From positions 21,237 through 85,236 of the forward strand of contig JAQTLZ010000003.1 of the NCBI GenBank assembly GCA_028714635.1: a DNA stretch of 64,000 bases. The letters are read 5' to 3'. Made by a program: the position numbers and the translations under genes. This document shows, piece by piece, positions 54,788 to 64,000 of the stretch. The notes under the pieces are model-generated. The model was not told where the DNA came from. It worked only from the letters and a program-made list of their open reading frames with translations, and searched no databases. The number at the start of each line of letters is the position of its first letter. Position 1 is the stretch's first letter. Origin of the DNA: Minisyncoccota bacterium (lineage in GTDB: Bacteria; Patescibacteriota; Minisyncoccia; Phycocordibacterales; JAQTLZ01).

Positions 54788-56572
54788 CTATATCTTATAA
54801 AGATGGAGATTTTCTCCACTTTGGCCTATCTCTTGGAATTGAGAACAAAAAAATGGCTCTGAATAAACATATTTTATATCATAGCGTATTGCTACGCGAA
54901 TTTTTTCCTGACAACTAAGACTGATAAAGTCTAAATAAGGAAAAATCCTATTTGTTATCATCGACGGTTTCGTCTCGAGTGGGAAGTTATGCGTTGCTGC
55001 GCCGATCACCAGACCTTTCCACGGCGGAGCAATAAACTTTTTTCCGCGGATTGATTGAAAAAGTCGCAAATCATCTTCCGTCAAATATCTGTTCACTGCC
55101 GGTACTGTTACAAATTCTTTGTAGTTCCCTCTTTCATCTATAAATGAAAAAGTAAATTTTTGCCAGGAATTATCGGATGCATAAAACGGCATATGAAGAG
55201 CGTATGCGAGAATTATTGCAACACCACAAAACAGAAAAGTTTTTTCAGAAGAAATGCGGACAATACGCATCTTCGCCAACCATTCAATTATCGCCTCCAG
55301 GCCGATACCGGCCAACACAATAAGCATAAGTGACGTGATAATAATAACTCTAGAGTGCTCGATAAAAAAAATTTTGTTTACATACATATACACATACCAA
55401 TATAACAATCCTATTCCTGACACAATGATAAGATCGTAATATTTTTTATTCATAGCTGTGTACACACCGGCTACAGCCAAGAAGACAACAAAAAGAGGCA
55501 AAACATTCCACAGAGCGTAGGACGAAATACCCGGATTCAGATCCGGACGCAGAGCGTATGTATCGAATAGTTGAGCAAACGTCATATGCAAACGGCTCAA
55601 TAAAAGAAAACGGATAAATGCGAGAACTGAAAGGAAAGCGCAAAACGGAACGAAGGAGGGAAAAATGGTTTTGCTGGAATTTTTTTTCTGGAAACGTGCA
55701 AATCCGGCGATTAGTACCGGAACAGAGAAAACAACCATGGGGGGATACATAACAAGAGTAAGGAGAACGTAAAGCGTCGCGTTCATATACTTTCCTTGTC
55801 TCTGTGAAATAATCTGCCAAAGCAAAAAGATAAGTCCGAAAGTAAGAGGAATCAGAATCCAAAGTCCAGCCACGTTTCCACTATTCAGAATGGAAAGCGC
55901 AAAAAGCATAGTTGCGGCTGCAATATAAGTATTGACCTCGTAAGCTTTAAGAGTAGCGTACACAGACGCCCCGATTATAACCCCAAAGAAGATCGCAAAA
56001 AGATAATACTGGGTAACCGGATTGAGGCCTGTGAGCAAAAATATTTCTGCAAGCAAAGAAGAAAAAGCAAAAAGAATATTGGGGACAAATGACGCACCGG
56101 GAGAAAACGGATTGGCAAGGGGCAGAGCGTTATTGTCGATGGTATAATTCACCAACGAAGCGGTAACCCATTCGTCAGAAAAGAACGGGTAAACATAGGA
56201 GCTGTGAGAGACGTGTTTAAGACCTTGGAATGTATCTACGGTGCCAGTATAAAAACGATGCACCATAAACAATTGAACAAAAATGATGAGAAGCGCTAGG
56301 AAGAATATCCAATTATTTTTAAGCGGCAGGAGAGATAGTGATTCCCTTCTTTTGAAAATGATGACAAGCCAAGCGAGTGCGTATAGCGCAAAAAATCCAA
56401 GTATAATAGGGTATTTAAAAATGTGAAAGAATTGCGTACCAATTGAAACCGCGAGGTAAAAGAGAGCACTGTAGGAAAATATCTTCAAAAACCCATCGAT
56501 CGCAGATTTATACGTAAATATCGCCAGATACGGAAAAAATAAAAAGACAATTCCTATGATAAGATAGAACAT
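54788..56572 (-). CDS. Polytopic membrane protein, probable GT-C-fold glycosyltransferase
   Basis: More than 10 TM segments; SDEW motif in the first large loop; located in the glycan cluster. Confidence 0.6.
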   Translation of the reverse strand: MFYLIIGIVFLFFPYLAIFTYKSAIDGFLKIFSYSALFYLAVSIGTQFFHIFKYPIILGFFALYALAWLVIIFKRRESLSLLPLKNNWIFFLALLIIFVQLFMVHRFYTGTVDTFQGLKHVSHSSYVYPFFSDEWVTASLVNYTIDNNALPLANPFSPGASFVPNILFAFSSLLAEIFLLTGLNPVTQYYLFAIFFGVIIGASVYATLKAYEVNTYIAAATMLFALSILNSGNVAGLWILIPLTFGLIFLLWQIISQRQGKYMNATLYVLLTLVMYPPMVVFSVPVLIAGFARFQKKNSSKTIFPSFVPFCAFLSVLAFIRFLLLSRLHMTFAQLFDTYALRPDLNPGISSYALWNVLPLFVVFLAVAGVYTAMNKKYYDLIIVSGIGLLYWYVYMYVNKIFFIEHSRVIIITSLMLIVLAGIGLEAIIEWLAKMRIVRISSEKTFLFCGVAIILAYALHMPFYASDNSWQKFTFSFIDERGNYKEFVTVPAVNRYLTEDDLRLFQSIRGKKFIAPPWKGLVIGAATHNFPLETKPSMITNRIFPYLDFISLSCQEKIRVAIRYDIKYVYSEPFFCSQFQEIGQSGENLHLYKI

Positions 56573-56586
56573 GCAATTAGCATACT

Positions 56587-57753
56587 ATGGCTACCAAAAA
56601 TTCTGAAACCCCAGTCGAAATAAGCATCATCCTCCCCTGTCTCAACGAAGAGAAATCAATAGGCGGGTGTCTAGAGGAGATCAAATCGGTCATAGAAAAA
56701 AATGCTCTCAAGGCGGAGGTCATTGTGATTGATAATGATTCAACGGATGACACAGCAAAAATTGTTTCAGGCCTTCTGCCGTCTTTCACCAATCTCCGTC
56801 TCATCAAAGAAACGAGACGCGGATACGGCAGAGCATATCTAACAGGGTTTAAATATACGCAAGGAGATTATTTCTTTATGGCTGATGCCGACGGGACATA
56901 CGATTTCAAAGATATACCCCGATTCGTAGAGAAACTCAAAGAGGGATATGAATTAGTGGTAGGAAATAGATTCAGGGGAATGATGGCGGAAAAATCAATG
57001 TCATGGCACCACAAGTACATCGGCAATCCGATACTCTCTTTCTTGGCCAAAAAATTCTTTGGGATAGAGATAAGCGACATCCACTGCGGAGAAAGAGCTT
57101 TATCGAAAAAAGCTTTTGAGAAAATGACTTTATACACCGCGGGAATGGAATTCGCTTCTGAAATGATCATCAAAGCGGCAAAAGCCAATCTTAAGATCAC
57201 CGAACTCCCCGTGAGTTACGAGCCAAGAATCGGCGAATCGAAACTCCGTTCATTCCGAGACGGCTGGAGGCATTTACGTTTTATTTTCCTCTACTCCCCG
57301 CTTGTTCTCTTTCTCATTCCCGGCATTATTCTTTTTTCTATAGGTCTTATCTCAATATTAGTCCTCTATTTTGGCACATTCTCTCTTGGAAACATCCGCC
57401 TTTCTCTCCATCCAATGTTTCTTTCAGCAGGATCGATCATAGCGGGCTACCAACTCATCTATTTTGCTCTTTTTGCCAAAACATACGCCATCACCCATAT
57501 GGGTGAAAAAAGCGAACTATTTGAAACACTTTTCAAATACATTACGATTGAGAGCGCCGGTATCACCGGGATGGCCTTCATTCTCTGCGGCACGGCGCTC
57601 TATAGTTTTATTGTCTATCACTGGATACATCAAAATTTCGGTAGTTTGAACGAAATCAAAAATTCAATTGCTGCTCTTACCTTGCTCGTTATAGGAGTGC
57701 AAACAATCTCCTCATCCTTTATGCTAAGCATCATAGGCATCAAAGAAAGATAA
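56587..57753 (+). CDS. GT2 polyprenol-phosphate glycosyltransferase (DPM1-like) with C-terminal TMs
   Basis: ILPCLNEE, IDNDSTD, RGYG, MADADGTY, D.HCG.RA and R.GESKL..FRDGWRHL motifs. Confidence 0.92.
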   Translation: MATKNSETPVEISIILPCLNEEKSIGGCLEEIKSVIEKNALKAEVIVIDNDSTDDTAKIVSGLLPSFTNLRLIKETRRGYGRAYLTGFKYTQGDYFFMADADGTYDFKDIPRFVEKLKEGYELVVGNRFRGMMAEKSMSWHHKYIGNPILSFLAKKFFGIEISDIHCGERALSKKAFEKMTLYTAGMEFASEMIIKAAKANLKITELPVSYEPRIGESKLRSFRDGWRHLRFIFLYSPLVLFLIPGIILFSIGLISILVLYFGTFSLGNIRLSLHPMFLSAGSIIAGYQLIYFALFAKTYAITHMGEKSELFETLFKYITIESAGITGMAFILCGTALYSFIVYHWIHQNFGSLNEIKNSIAALTLLVIGVQTISSSFMLSIIGIKER

Positions 57754-57765
57754 AATCAATTTAAA

Positions 57766-59010
57766 ATGAGAATCTTTGGAGTAGAGATCAGCAAAGAATA
57801 CAGGAATCTTATAATCATAGCTCTATTCTATGTAATTTTCTTGTTGCTATTCATAGGAAAATTTAATTTTAATCCAAGCGCGACGATTGAGTTTTCTCAA
57901 GCATTCCAAAATAGCCTTGCTAAGAGCCTACCGCACTTGAGTTTGCCGGAAGGTATCGTGATCCACAAGACTAATGGTTTTGACGGCCAATATTATTATG
58001 CTTTGGCATTAGATCACTCTCTCAGCAATTTAAAGAATATGCCGATGGGTACAAATTTTATGCAAAGATTACTGTATCCATTCCTAGCACTCTTATTATC
58101 CCTAGGATTCCCGATCCTGCTTCCGGGTATGCTTATTGCTATAAACATAGCAGCAGTCCTTGTAAGTAGTTACGTCCTAATGTTACTCTTGCGGAAATAT
58201 GCCGCAAACCCAAATTGGGTTTTCTTGTGGAGTTTTTCGGTAGGATTATTGATAACCGTAAGCAGAGATCTGACAGAACCCCTAATGATGGTGCTTATTG
58301 CTCTTTCAGTTTATTTTTGGGAACAAAAAAAAGATTATTTAGCGACACTATGTCTTTCGCTGTCTCTCTTGACCAGAGAGCTGGCGTTAACTTTTTTTGT
58401 AGCAATACTACTGTATCTCGTATTATCGCGAGAATGGAAGAAACTATGCTACTATTTGCTGGCAATTATACCTTTTTCTATATGGGAATTCATACTATAT
58501 TTGAATCTTGGAACCTTGCCCGTTTTCAAATCCAGAGAGGCTCTTTCAACAAACCCCATCTCATCGTTTGATTATCTTAATAAAGCTCCGGCAAATGTTC
58601 ACAAATATATCCTCCAGCCCTTAGTAAATCATTTAAGCTCTTCTCAAACATTTGATTACTTATCTCAGATCAATAAGATCTTCAGTCCTTTACCTGTAGT
58701 ACTTTTTATCATTATTTTAATAATTATATTAATCTATTTTTTTTATAAAGACCGAATGATAACGATGTACACAGTACTACTCGTCTCACAAGTTGCCTTG
58801 ATACTGTTATTACAGAAAGATCTTTTGTTTCATGAGGAAGTAGATGCCATAGGGAGATATATACTTGGGATCTCATTTTTCTCTCCAATATACTTTGCTG
58901 AAAGGAAAAAGAAATATAACACCGTCTTAATTATCCTGATCGTATTGTCTTCTTTAGCATATTTCGTGCAAAGAGTTTTAATACCAAAAGGAGGGTTTTT
59001 CATAACATGA
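57766..59010 (+). CDS. Polytopic membrane protein, probable GT-C glycosyltransferase
   Basis: GFDGQYYYALA, R.LYP, DLTEP, LTRE and RY motifs, with many TM segments. Confidence 0.65.
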   Translation: MRIFGVEISKEYRNLIIIALFYVIFLLLFIGKFNFNPSATIEFSQAFQNSLAKSLPHLSLPEGIVIHKTNGFDGQYYYALALDHSLSNLKNMPMGTNFMQRLLYPFLALLLSLGFPILLPGMLIAINIAAVLVSSYVLMLLLRKYAANPNWVFLWSFSVGLLITVSRDLTEPLMMVLIALSVYFWEQKKDYLATLCLSLSLLTRELALTFFVAILLYLVLSREWKKLCYYLLAIIPFSIWEFILYLNLGTLPVFKSREALSTNPISSFDYLNKAPANVHKYILQPLVNHLSSSQTFDYLSQINKIFSPLPVVLFIIILIIILIYFFYKDRMITMYTVLLVSQVALILLLQKDLLFHEEVDAIGRYILGISFFSPIYFAERKKKYNTVLIILIVLSSLAYFVQRVLIPKGGFFIT

Positions 59011-59792
59011 GCACTCTGTTTAAAAATACGTACTCAAACATTCGAGGTATATTTGGATTAAGTTTCCAGATCGCAAAAGCCGAATTTAAATTAAGAAATG
59101 AAGGCAGTTATCTTGGTATTTTGTGGTACCTACTCAACCCGATTTTGACCTTTCTTCTTCTCTATCTGATCTTTGCAGACAGATTGGGAGACACTATCCC
59201 CCGCTATCCTCTCTACCTTCTCCTTGGTATTATTATTTTCAACTTCTTTCAATCAACAACCCTCGAAGCAACGAGGTCTATAATCGAAGTCCATAATCAC
59301 CTGATAAAATCAATCAATTTCAGAAGAGAATCACTGATCCTCGCGATTGTAGTCAAAAATCTTTTCTCTCATATTTTCGAGATAGCACTTTTCTTTCTTA
59401 TATTAATTTTCTTTCATGGAAATCCCGTGGGCATTTTTTATTACCTGCCAATTCTGCTTTTCTTTCTGCTCTTTACCTTTGGCTCCGCCCTTATTTTATC
59501 TTCCCTGACTGTGTTCTTTGTTGATCTCGATAATATTTGGAATTTCGCAGTGAGATTGATTTGGTTTGGAACACCTATTTTTTACTCGATCCAAAACCAG
59601 ACAAAACTTTTCTATCTAAATTTAGCAAACCCAGTCTATTACTTCATAACACTGGCGAGAGATACTGTTATATACCATAAAATACCCGAATGGTGGATCA
59701 TGGGAGGAGCAGTGGGATTCAGTTTCCTAACATTCGCCCTGGGGTATTGGGTATTTCACGTCTTAAACAAAAAGATGGCAGAATTGATATGA
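59007..59792 (+). CDS. wzm: Polysaccharide ABC exporter permease (Wzm/TagG)
   Basis: FKLR..GSYLGILW.LLNP, TPIFY and NP motifs. Confidence 0.9.
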   Translation: MSTLFKNTYSNIRGIFGLSFQIAKAEFKLRNEGSYLGILWYLLNPILTFLLLYLIFADRLGDTIPRYPLYLLLGIIIFNFFQSTTLEATRSIIEVHNHLIKSINFRRESLILAIVVKNLFSHIFEIALFFLILIFFHGNPVGIFYYLPILLFFLLFTFGSALILSSLTVFFVDLDNIWNFAVRLIWFGTPIFYSIQNQTKLFYLNLANPVYYFITLARDTVIYHKIPEWWIMGGAVGFSFLTFALGYWVFHVLNKKMAELI

Positions 59793-60517
59793 TGAGAATA
59801 AGCGTTAAAAATATTTCTAAGGACTTCAAAATTGGTTTTCAAAAAAAGCAAAGTACTTTAACATGGATACATTCGGCATTTTCAGGAAAAGAACACAAAA
59901 AGCAGATGCGAATATTAGACAATATTTCTTTCGAGATTGACTCAGGAGAAGTACTGGGAATAATCGGCACAAATGGTTCTGGGAAGAGTACCCTACTGCG
60001 AATCATTGCCGGGATTTATTCATCTGATTTAGGTGAAATTACTGTCGACGGCAAGATAATATCAATCATAAATCTCGGGGTTGGGATGAAAGAACGGCTC
60101 ACCATGAGAGAAAATGTTTTTCTCGTAGGATCACTTTTTGGAATGGGTGGGAAAAAAATAAAAGAACGTTTTCATTCCATAGTCGCATTTTCCGAACTCC
60201 AGGAATTTATAGATACTAAAATATATCAGTTCTCAGCAGGGATGATTCAGAGGTTAGCTTTCTCTATAGCGATACATGCAGACCCAGAGATTCTCTTATT
60301 AGATGAAGTATTTGAAGTCGGCGATGAGAGCTTCAGAAAAAAAAGTTCTGAAAAAATAAAGGAACTTGTCCATAGAGGAGCCTCTGTTATATTCGTAACC
60401 CATGATCTTGATATGATAAAAAAACAATGTCACAGAGTTATATGGCTAAGCGATGGAAAAATAAAAATACAGGGTAGAACAGAAGAAGTTACCGAGAAAT
60501 ACGTCAAGCAGAGTTAA
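59789..60517 (+). CDS. wzt: Polysaccharide ABC exporter ATPase (Wzt/TagH)
   Basis: GTNGSGKST, FSAGM..RLAF, LLLDEV..VGD..F..K and VTHD motifs. The ATG overlaps the wzm stop (ATGA). Confidence 0.92.
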   Translation: MMRISVKNISKDFKIGFQKKQSTLTWIHSAFSGKEHKKQMRILDNISFEIDSGEVLGIIGTNGSGKSTLLRIIAGIYSSDLGEITVDGKIISIINLGVGMKERLTMRENVFLVGSLFGMGGKKIKERFHSIVAFSELQEFIDTKIYQFSAGMIQRLAFSIAIHADPEILLLDEVFEVGDESFRKKSSEKIKELVHRGASVIFVTHDLDMIKKQCHRVIWLSDGKIKIQGRTEEVTEKYVKQS

Positions 60518-60539
60518 CTTTTGTCCAGACAAAAAAATA

Positions 60540-61406
60540 ATGAACCAAAAAGTATCGGTGCTTATCCCAGTCTATAACGGTGAGGAAACTCTCCATGAGA
60601 GTTTGGAATCAGTTTCGAATCAAGCCTATGACAATTACGAGGTCATTGTCGTTGATAATAACTCGAAAGACAGAACGAAAGAAATTATTTATGATTTTAT
60701 AGAGAAATATAGAAATATAAAATATGTCTTCGAACTAAAAGTCGGAAGAGGAGCCGCTCGAAACGCTGGAATTCGCGAGGCGAATGGAGAAGTTATTCTC
60801 ATGACTGATGCTGACTGTACCGTACCGAAAGATTGGATTGAAAAAATGACAGCATTGATTAGACGTGGGGAAGAATCCGTCATCATGGGATTTGAAGAAG
60901 ATATCATTAAAAATTATTGGACAAAAAACATTCAAGATAGTAATTGGAATCTTATCAAAGAAAACTCAGAAAACGGGTATACTCGACATTTGGATACTAA
61001 AAACTTTGCCATAAAAACAAGTTTGATGAAGGAATTGATGTTTGACGAAACAATGAAATGTTTAGAGGATTTAGAGTTTTATCTTAGACTAATAGAAAGA
61101 TCCAGGATAAAGTTATTAGATATGATAAAGGTTAATCATTATCACAAAAGTAGCGGTATAGGTTGGTCTAAAGTCCAAATCGATAGGGGGTATTGGTCAT
61201 ATAAAATCTACAAAAAATACCGAAAAAAAAATAACTTTGCTAGATTGACTATGTTTAAGAGTCTTAGCATCACTGCACAAGTATTTTTTCCATTTTGGCT
61301 TATCTTCCAGATGATAAGAGACCCGAGACGATTTCCCTTCGTATTTGTTTCGGAAATTTCGTGGAGAGTGGGAACACTAAAAGAAATGATAGTGAAAAAT
61401 AACTAA
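60540..61406 (+). CDS. Glycosyltransferase family 2
   Basis: VLIPVYN, VVDNNSKD, ARNAG, TDADC and EDLE motifs. Confidence 0.9.
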   Translation: MNQKVSVLIPVYNGEETLHESLESVSNQAYDNYEVIVVDNNSKDRTKEIIYDFIEKYRNIKYVFELKVGRGAARNAGIREANGEVILMTDADCTVPKDWIEKMTALIRRGEESVIMGFEEDIIKNYWTKNIQDSNWNLIKENSENGYTRHLDTKNFAIKTSLMKELMFDETMKCLEDLEFYLRLIERSRIKLLDMIKVNHYHKSSGIGWSKVQIDRGYWSYKIYKKYRKKNNFARLTMFKSLSITAQVFFPFWLIFQMIRDPRRFPFVFVSEISWRVGTLKEMIVKNN

Positions 61407-61409
61407 AGA

Positions 61410-62390
61410 TTATTTCTTTACTTTCATTAATGTAAAATAAAAACGAGGATAGTCTTTTTTTAAAAAAATACCGAGTAGACCTATTCTTCTGTCAAGAAAA
61501 TAATAAAACTCAAAAATTATCAAAAACACCCTCAACACGCCGATAGAAAACCAACGCTGCTCCATGTCTTCTCCACTAAATATTCGATAGCCTGTGCTCG
61601 TCACATTTAAATCAATTGCATCAGCCTTTTCTAAATTATTTTTCCACTCATCATAAAAGGGACTATCAAAAATCCATGGTTTCTTGGATTCTATAAAATG
61701 TACTACGGCCCCATCAATTTCCTCAGGTTTTAAAAGTCTTATCCACATTGGAACAATAACATTATAGACACTACTTAATTTCTTCCACCGTTCATAAAAA
61801 TAAAGATTAAAGATTGGCTGATCGTGGTATATCGCATTCTTATGGTATATCGTAAGAAGTTGGCACAATCTCTCAAAAGAATTTTCGGTAATAATATCAG
61901 TACTAAAGGCCATCACGCCGGCATTAAAAGTCGGTGCATTGGGTTTAAATGATTCTTTAAATTTTTTAAATGACTCGTCTTCAGAGTTTGTAAAACGAAA
62001 CTGATATCTTAATGAACGCCAGCCGATTTTATCAATAACTGCGTTAAATCCATGCACATGAGTTAGTGCTTCCAATGAATATCTCACAATGATATCAGCA
62101 TCAAGATAGACAATAGTGTCCCACTTTTTGAATTCGGGAGTGAAGAGGTAAAACTTTGTTAAACAAACAAGAGATAAAGATCCGGTCGGGGCAACTCTAC
62201 TAATAGGTGCGCAATGCTTTACCAAAATACCTTTGTTTCGAAACCAAGTGAGGTCTTTTTCTGGTACCTCATGGGCAAGAAGCATATAGTCGCCCTGCCA
62301 GCCGGCATTCCAATAGACGGAGGAAAAAAGCTGTTTAGCTTGGTCTAGGTAATTTTTGTCCGCGAGAGTGACAAAGAGTGATTTTTTCAT
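61410..62390 (-). CDS. Glycosyltransferase family 8 protein (paralog 3) with C-terminal extension
   Basis: VYLDAD, FNAGV, DQPIFN and VHF...KPW motifs; same N-terminus as the GT8s at 616-2369. Confidence 0.88.
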   Translation of the reverse strand: MKKSLFVTLADKNYLDQAKQLFSSVYWNAGWQGDYMLLAHEVPEKDLTWFRNKGILVKHCAPISRVAPTGSLSLVCLTKFYLFTPEFKKWDTIVYLDADIIVRYSLEALTHVHGFNAVIDKIGWRSLRYQFRFTNSEDESFKKFKESFKPNAPTFNAGVMAFSTDIITENSFERLCQLLTIYHKNAIYHDQPIFNLYFYERWKKLSSVYNVIVPMWIRLLKPEEIDGAVVHFIESKKPWIFDSPFYDEWKNNLEKADAIDLNVTSTGYRIFSGEDMEQRWFSIGVLRVFLIIFEFYYFLDRRIGLLGIFLKKDYPRFYFTLMKVKK

Positions 62391-62408
62391 TGGTTTCTTT
62401 TGTCGATA

Positions 62409-63218
62409 TTATAAAAACCAGTTCCTCCACGAAGAATCTTTTTTCTTGAAATTGTATTTTTCTGTCCAGTACCAGGTATGAGGAAGAGAGAACCCCCCAT
62501 CGACGCTCAAAACCTGACCAGTAATGAAAGAGGCCTTCTCTGAAACAAGAAAGACCATAGCGTCACCTATGTCTTTCGGAGTACCTGGACGTCCGATAGG
62601 AACATACTGATTAAGACCAGTATTGTCTTCTCCCTCTTTCTCGGTGAGACCTGGGGCGACAGCATTAACTCTAATACCGAACTCTGCCACCTCCAAAGCA
62701 AAATCTTTTACAAACATATCAACAGCAGCTTTTGTGGCGGAATAAAATGGACGGCCACGGGTGATCTTCCCATGAACAGAAGAAGTGAAGAGAATAGAGC
62801 CTCTTATTTTTTTCTCGATCATCATCTTTGCCACATTTTTTGCCAAAAGAAAGGGGCTGATTGCATTTATATCAAAAATTTTTCGAGCTTCTTCTGTGGA
62901 AGTCCCAAATACACCCTGAGGTGGAGTTATTCCCACATTGTTTACAAGAACATCAATTCGGCCATACCGCGTGAGAGTTTCTTCTACCAGAAGGCGTGTT
63001 TCCTTATCATTCTGAATATCCATTTGAAAAGGTAAAATATTTTTGCATACTTTTTCAAGCTCGCGAGCTGTTTTTTCCAATTTTTCTGCATTAATATCCG
63101 CAAGCACTAATGTAGCTCCTGCCTCTGCCATTTGGAGAGCTATACCTTTGCCGATGCCTTGGGCAGAGCCCGTTATGATTACAACTTTATCTCTGAGCAT
63201 GTAACAGTCATTATTCAT
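62409..63218 (-). CDS. Short-chain dehydrogenase/reductase (FabG-like)
   Basis: TGSAQGIG, NNVG, YSATK (YxxxK), IRVNAVAPG and ITGQVLSVDGG motifs. Confidence 0.93.
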   Translation of the reverse strand: MNNDCYMLRDKVVIITGSAQGIGKGIALQMAEAGATLVLADINAEKLEKTARELEKVCKNILPFQMDIQNDKETRLLVEETLTRYGRIDVLVNNVGITPPQGVFGTSTEEARKIFDINAISPFLLAKNVAKMMIEKKIRGSILFTSSVHGKITRGRPFYSATKAAVDMFVKDFALEVAEFGIRVNAVAPGLTEKEGEDNTGLNQYVPIGRPGTPKDIGDAMVFLVSEKASFITGQVLSVDGGFSLPHTWYWTEKYNFKKKDSSWRNWFL

Positions 63219-63260
63219 TTTGTTTCAATGATTGTAAAGCGTATTCATAAAAGAACAGAA

Positions 63261-64000
63261 TTATTTCTCTGAAGTCTTCAGAGCAAAATACAGACGCGGG
63301 AAATATTTCTTTAAAAAGTGACCGACCAAACCGATGTCTCTATCAATTATTGGTCTCATAAATTTACCGAAAATAGCAGCTTTTTCGAAAAAAGTAAGTC
63401 CTTTTGTGCCGGCTCTCCATCCGGCTCTATCCCTCTGAATCATCCCCCAAAAGGAGTCTCCGTAATTGTAAGAAGAAAGAGAAAAATATAAGCGTTCATT
63501 TTTTGAAGGATGCACAGACTGAAGGCTATGTATCACTTCCTTGGGGATATAAACTGAAAAAACTTCATGAAGATAGAGGAGTGCGGAGAGAAATTTTACG
63601 CTGATTTCCAACCTTTTCGCTTCTTCCACAATTATATCCCAATTCAAATGAGTATTTTTTAAAATAGTGACAGCGTCAGCAATCCAGCGACAGCGAGTGA
63701 AGGGTGCCCCGTCGAAACCCCAACCAACGCCATGAACACATGTCTGCAGAAAATGATCTTCAGGGGAAAGCGTAAGTACACTTGGACCAAAACCACCTAT
63801 CGCTTGAGCCCGTTTCCAAAAATTATCATCAGCACCGCGCTGGCATGCCTCGTGAATGACATGCCAATGGAGATCGATGCCCACGTCGTACTTCCTTTCT
63901 TTTTTTTCAAAATCTATCGAATGGTGAAATCGGGGATGGTATAAAGAGAGCTTCCCTTTTGCTGTAAATCCTTCCTCAAGAATAATCTGTGTCGCTTTGG
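63261..64000 (-). CDS. Nucleotidyltransferase family protein (NTP_transf_5-like), 5'-truncated by the window edge
   Basis: IDLHWH, LSPED..L..CVHG and WIADA motifs. The frame reads open from 63884 to the window end. Confidence 0.8.
   Translation of the reverse strand, partial: KATQIILEEGFTAKGKLSLYHPRFHHSIDFEKKERKYDVGIDLHWHVIHEACQRGADDNFWKRAQAIGGFGPSVLTLSPEDHFLQTCVHGVGWGFDGAPFTRCRWIADAVTILKNTHLNWDIIVEEAKRLEISVKFLSALLYLHEVFSVYIPKEVIHSLQSVHPSKNERLYFSLSSYNYGDSFWGMIQRDRAGWRAGTKGLTFFEKAAIFGKFMRPIIDRDIGLVGHFLKKYFPRLYFALKTSEK

Overview
This 64-kb window looks like the chromosome of a small-genome Patescibacteria (CPR) bacterium, probably Parcubacteria. This is an inference from gene content: archaeal-type UMP kinase and PGI/PMI, the secG-peptide SBP-RNase J run, and mostly SD-less, apparently leaderless starts. 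TGA is used as a stop, so the code is standard code 11. No rRNA, tRNA, CRISPR array, reverse transcriptase or transposase was found. Main contents: (i) a 4856-aa Gly/Asn/Cys-rich beta-solenoid fibre/adhesin followed by two GT8 glycosyltransferases; (ii) a long sugar-utilisation operon (GH1, EamA, clan-A GH, gnd, PGI/PMI, ROK); (iii) a GC-rich stand-alone TIM-barrel gene; (iv) a cobalamin riboswitch ahead of an operon encoding an acidic protein, a Clp-type AAA+ and a VirD4-like ATPase; (v) a four-phosphohydrolase operon (HD, CYTH, Nudix, Ppx/GppA); (vi) a MarR + MacAB-like exporter; (vii) glycogen genes; (viii) a surface-glycan cluster (GT2, GT-C, Wzm/Wzt, GT8, SDR, nucleotidyltransferase). The best leads are long hairpin elements inserted exactly at start codons with ATG duplication, the B12-riboswitch/ATPase operon, systematic Cys substitution in the giant fibre, and the phosphohydrolase operon.
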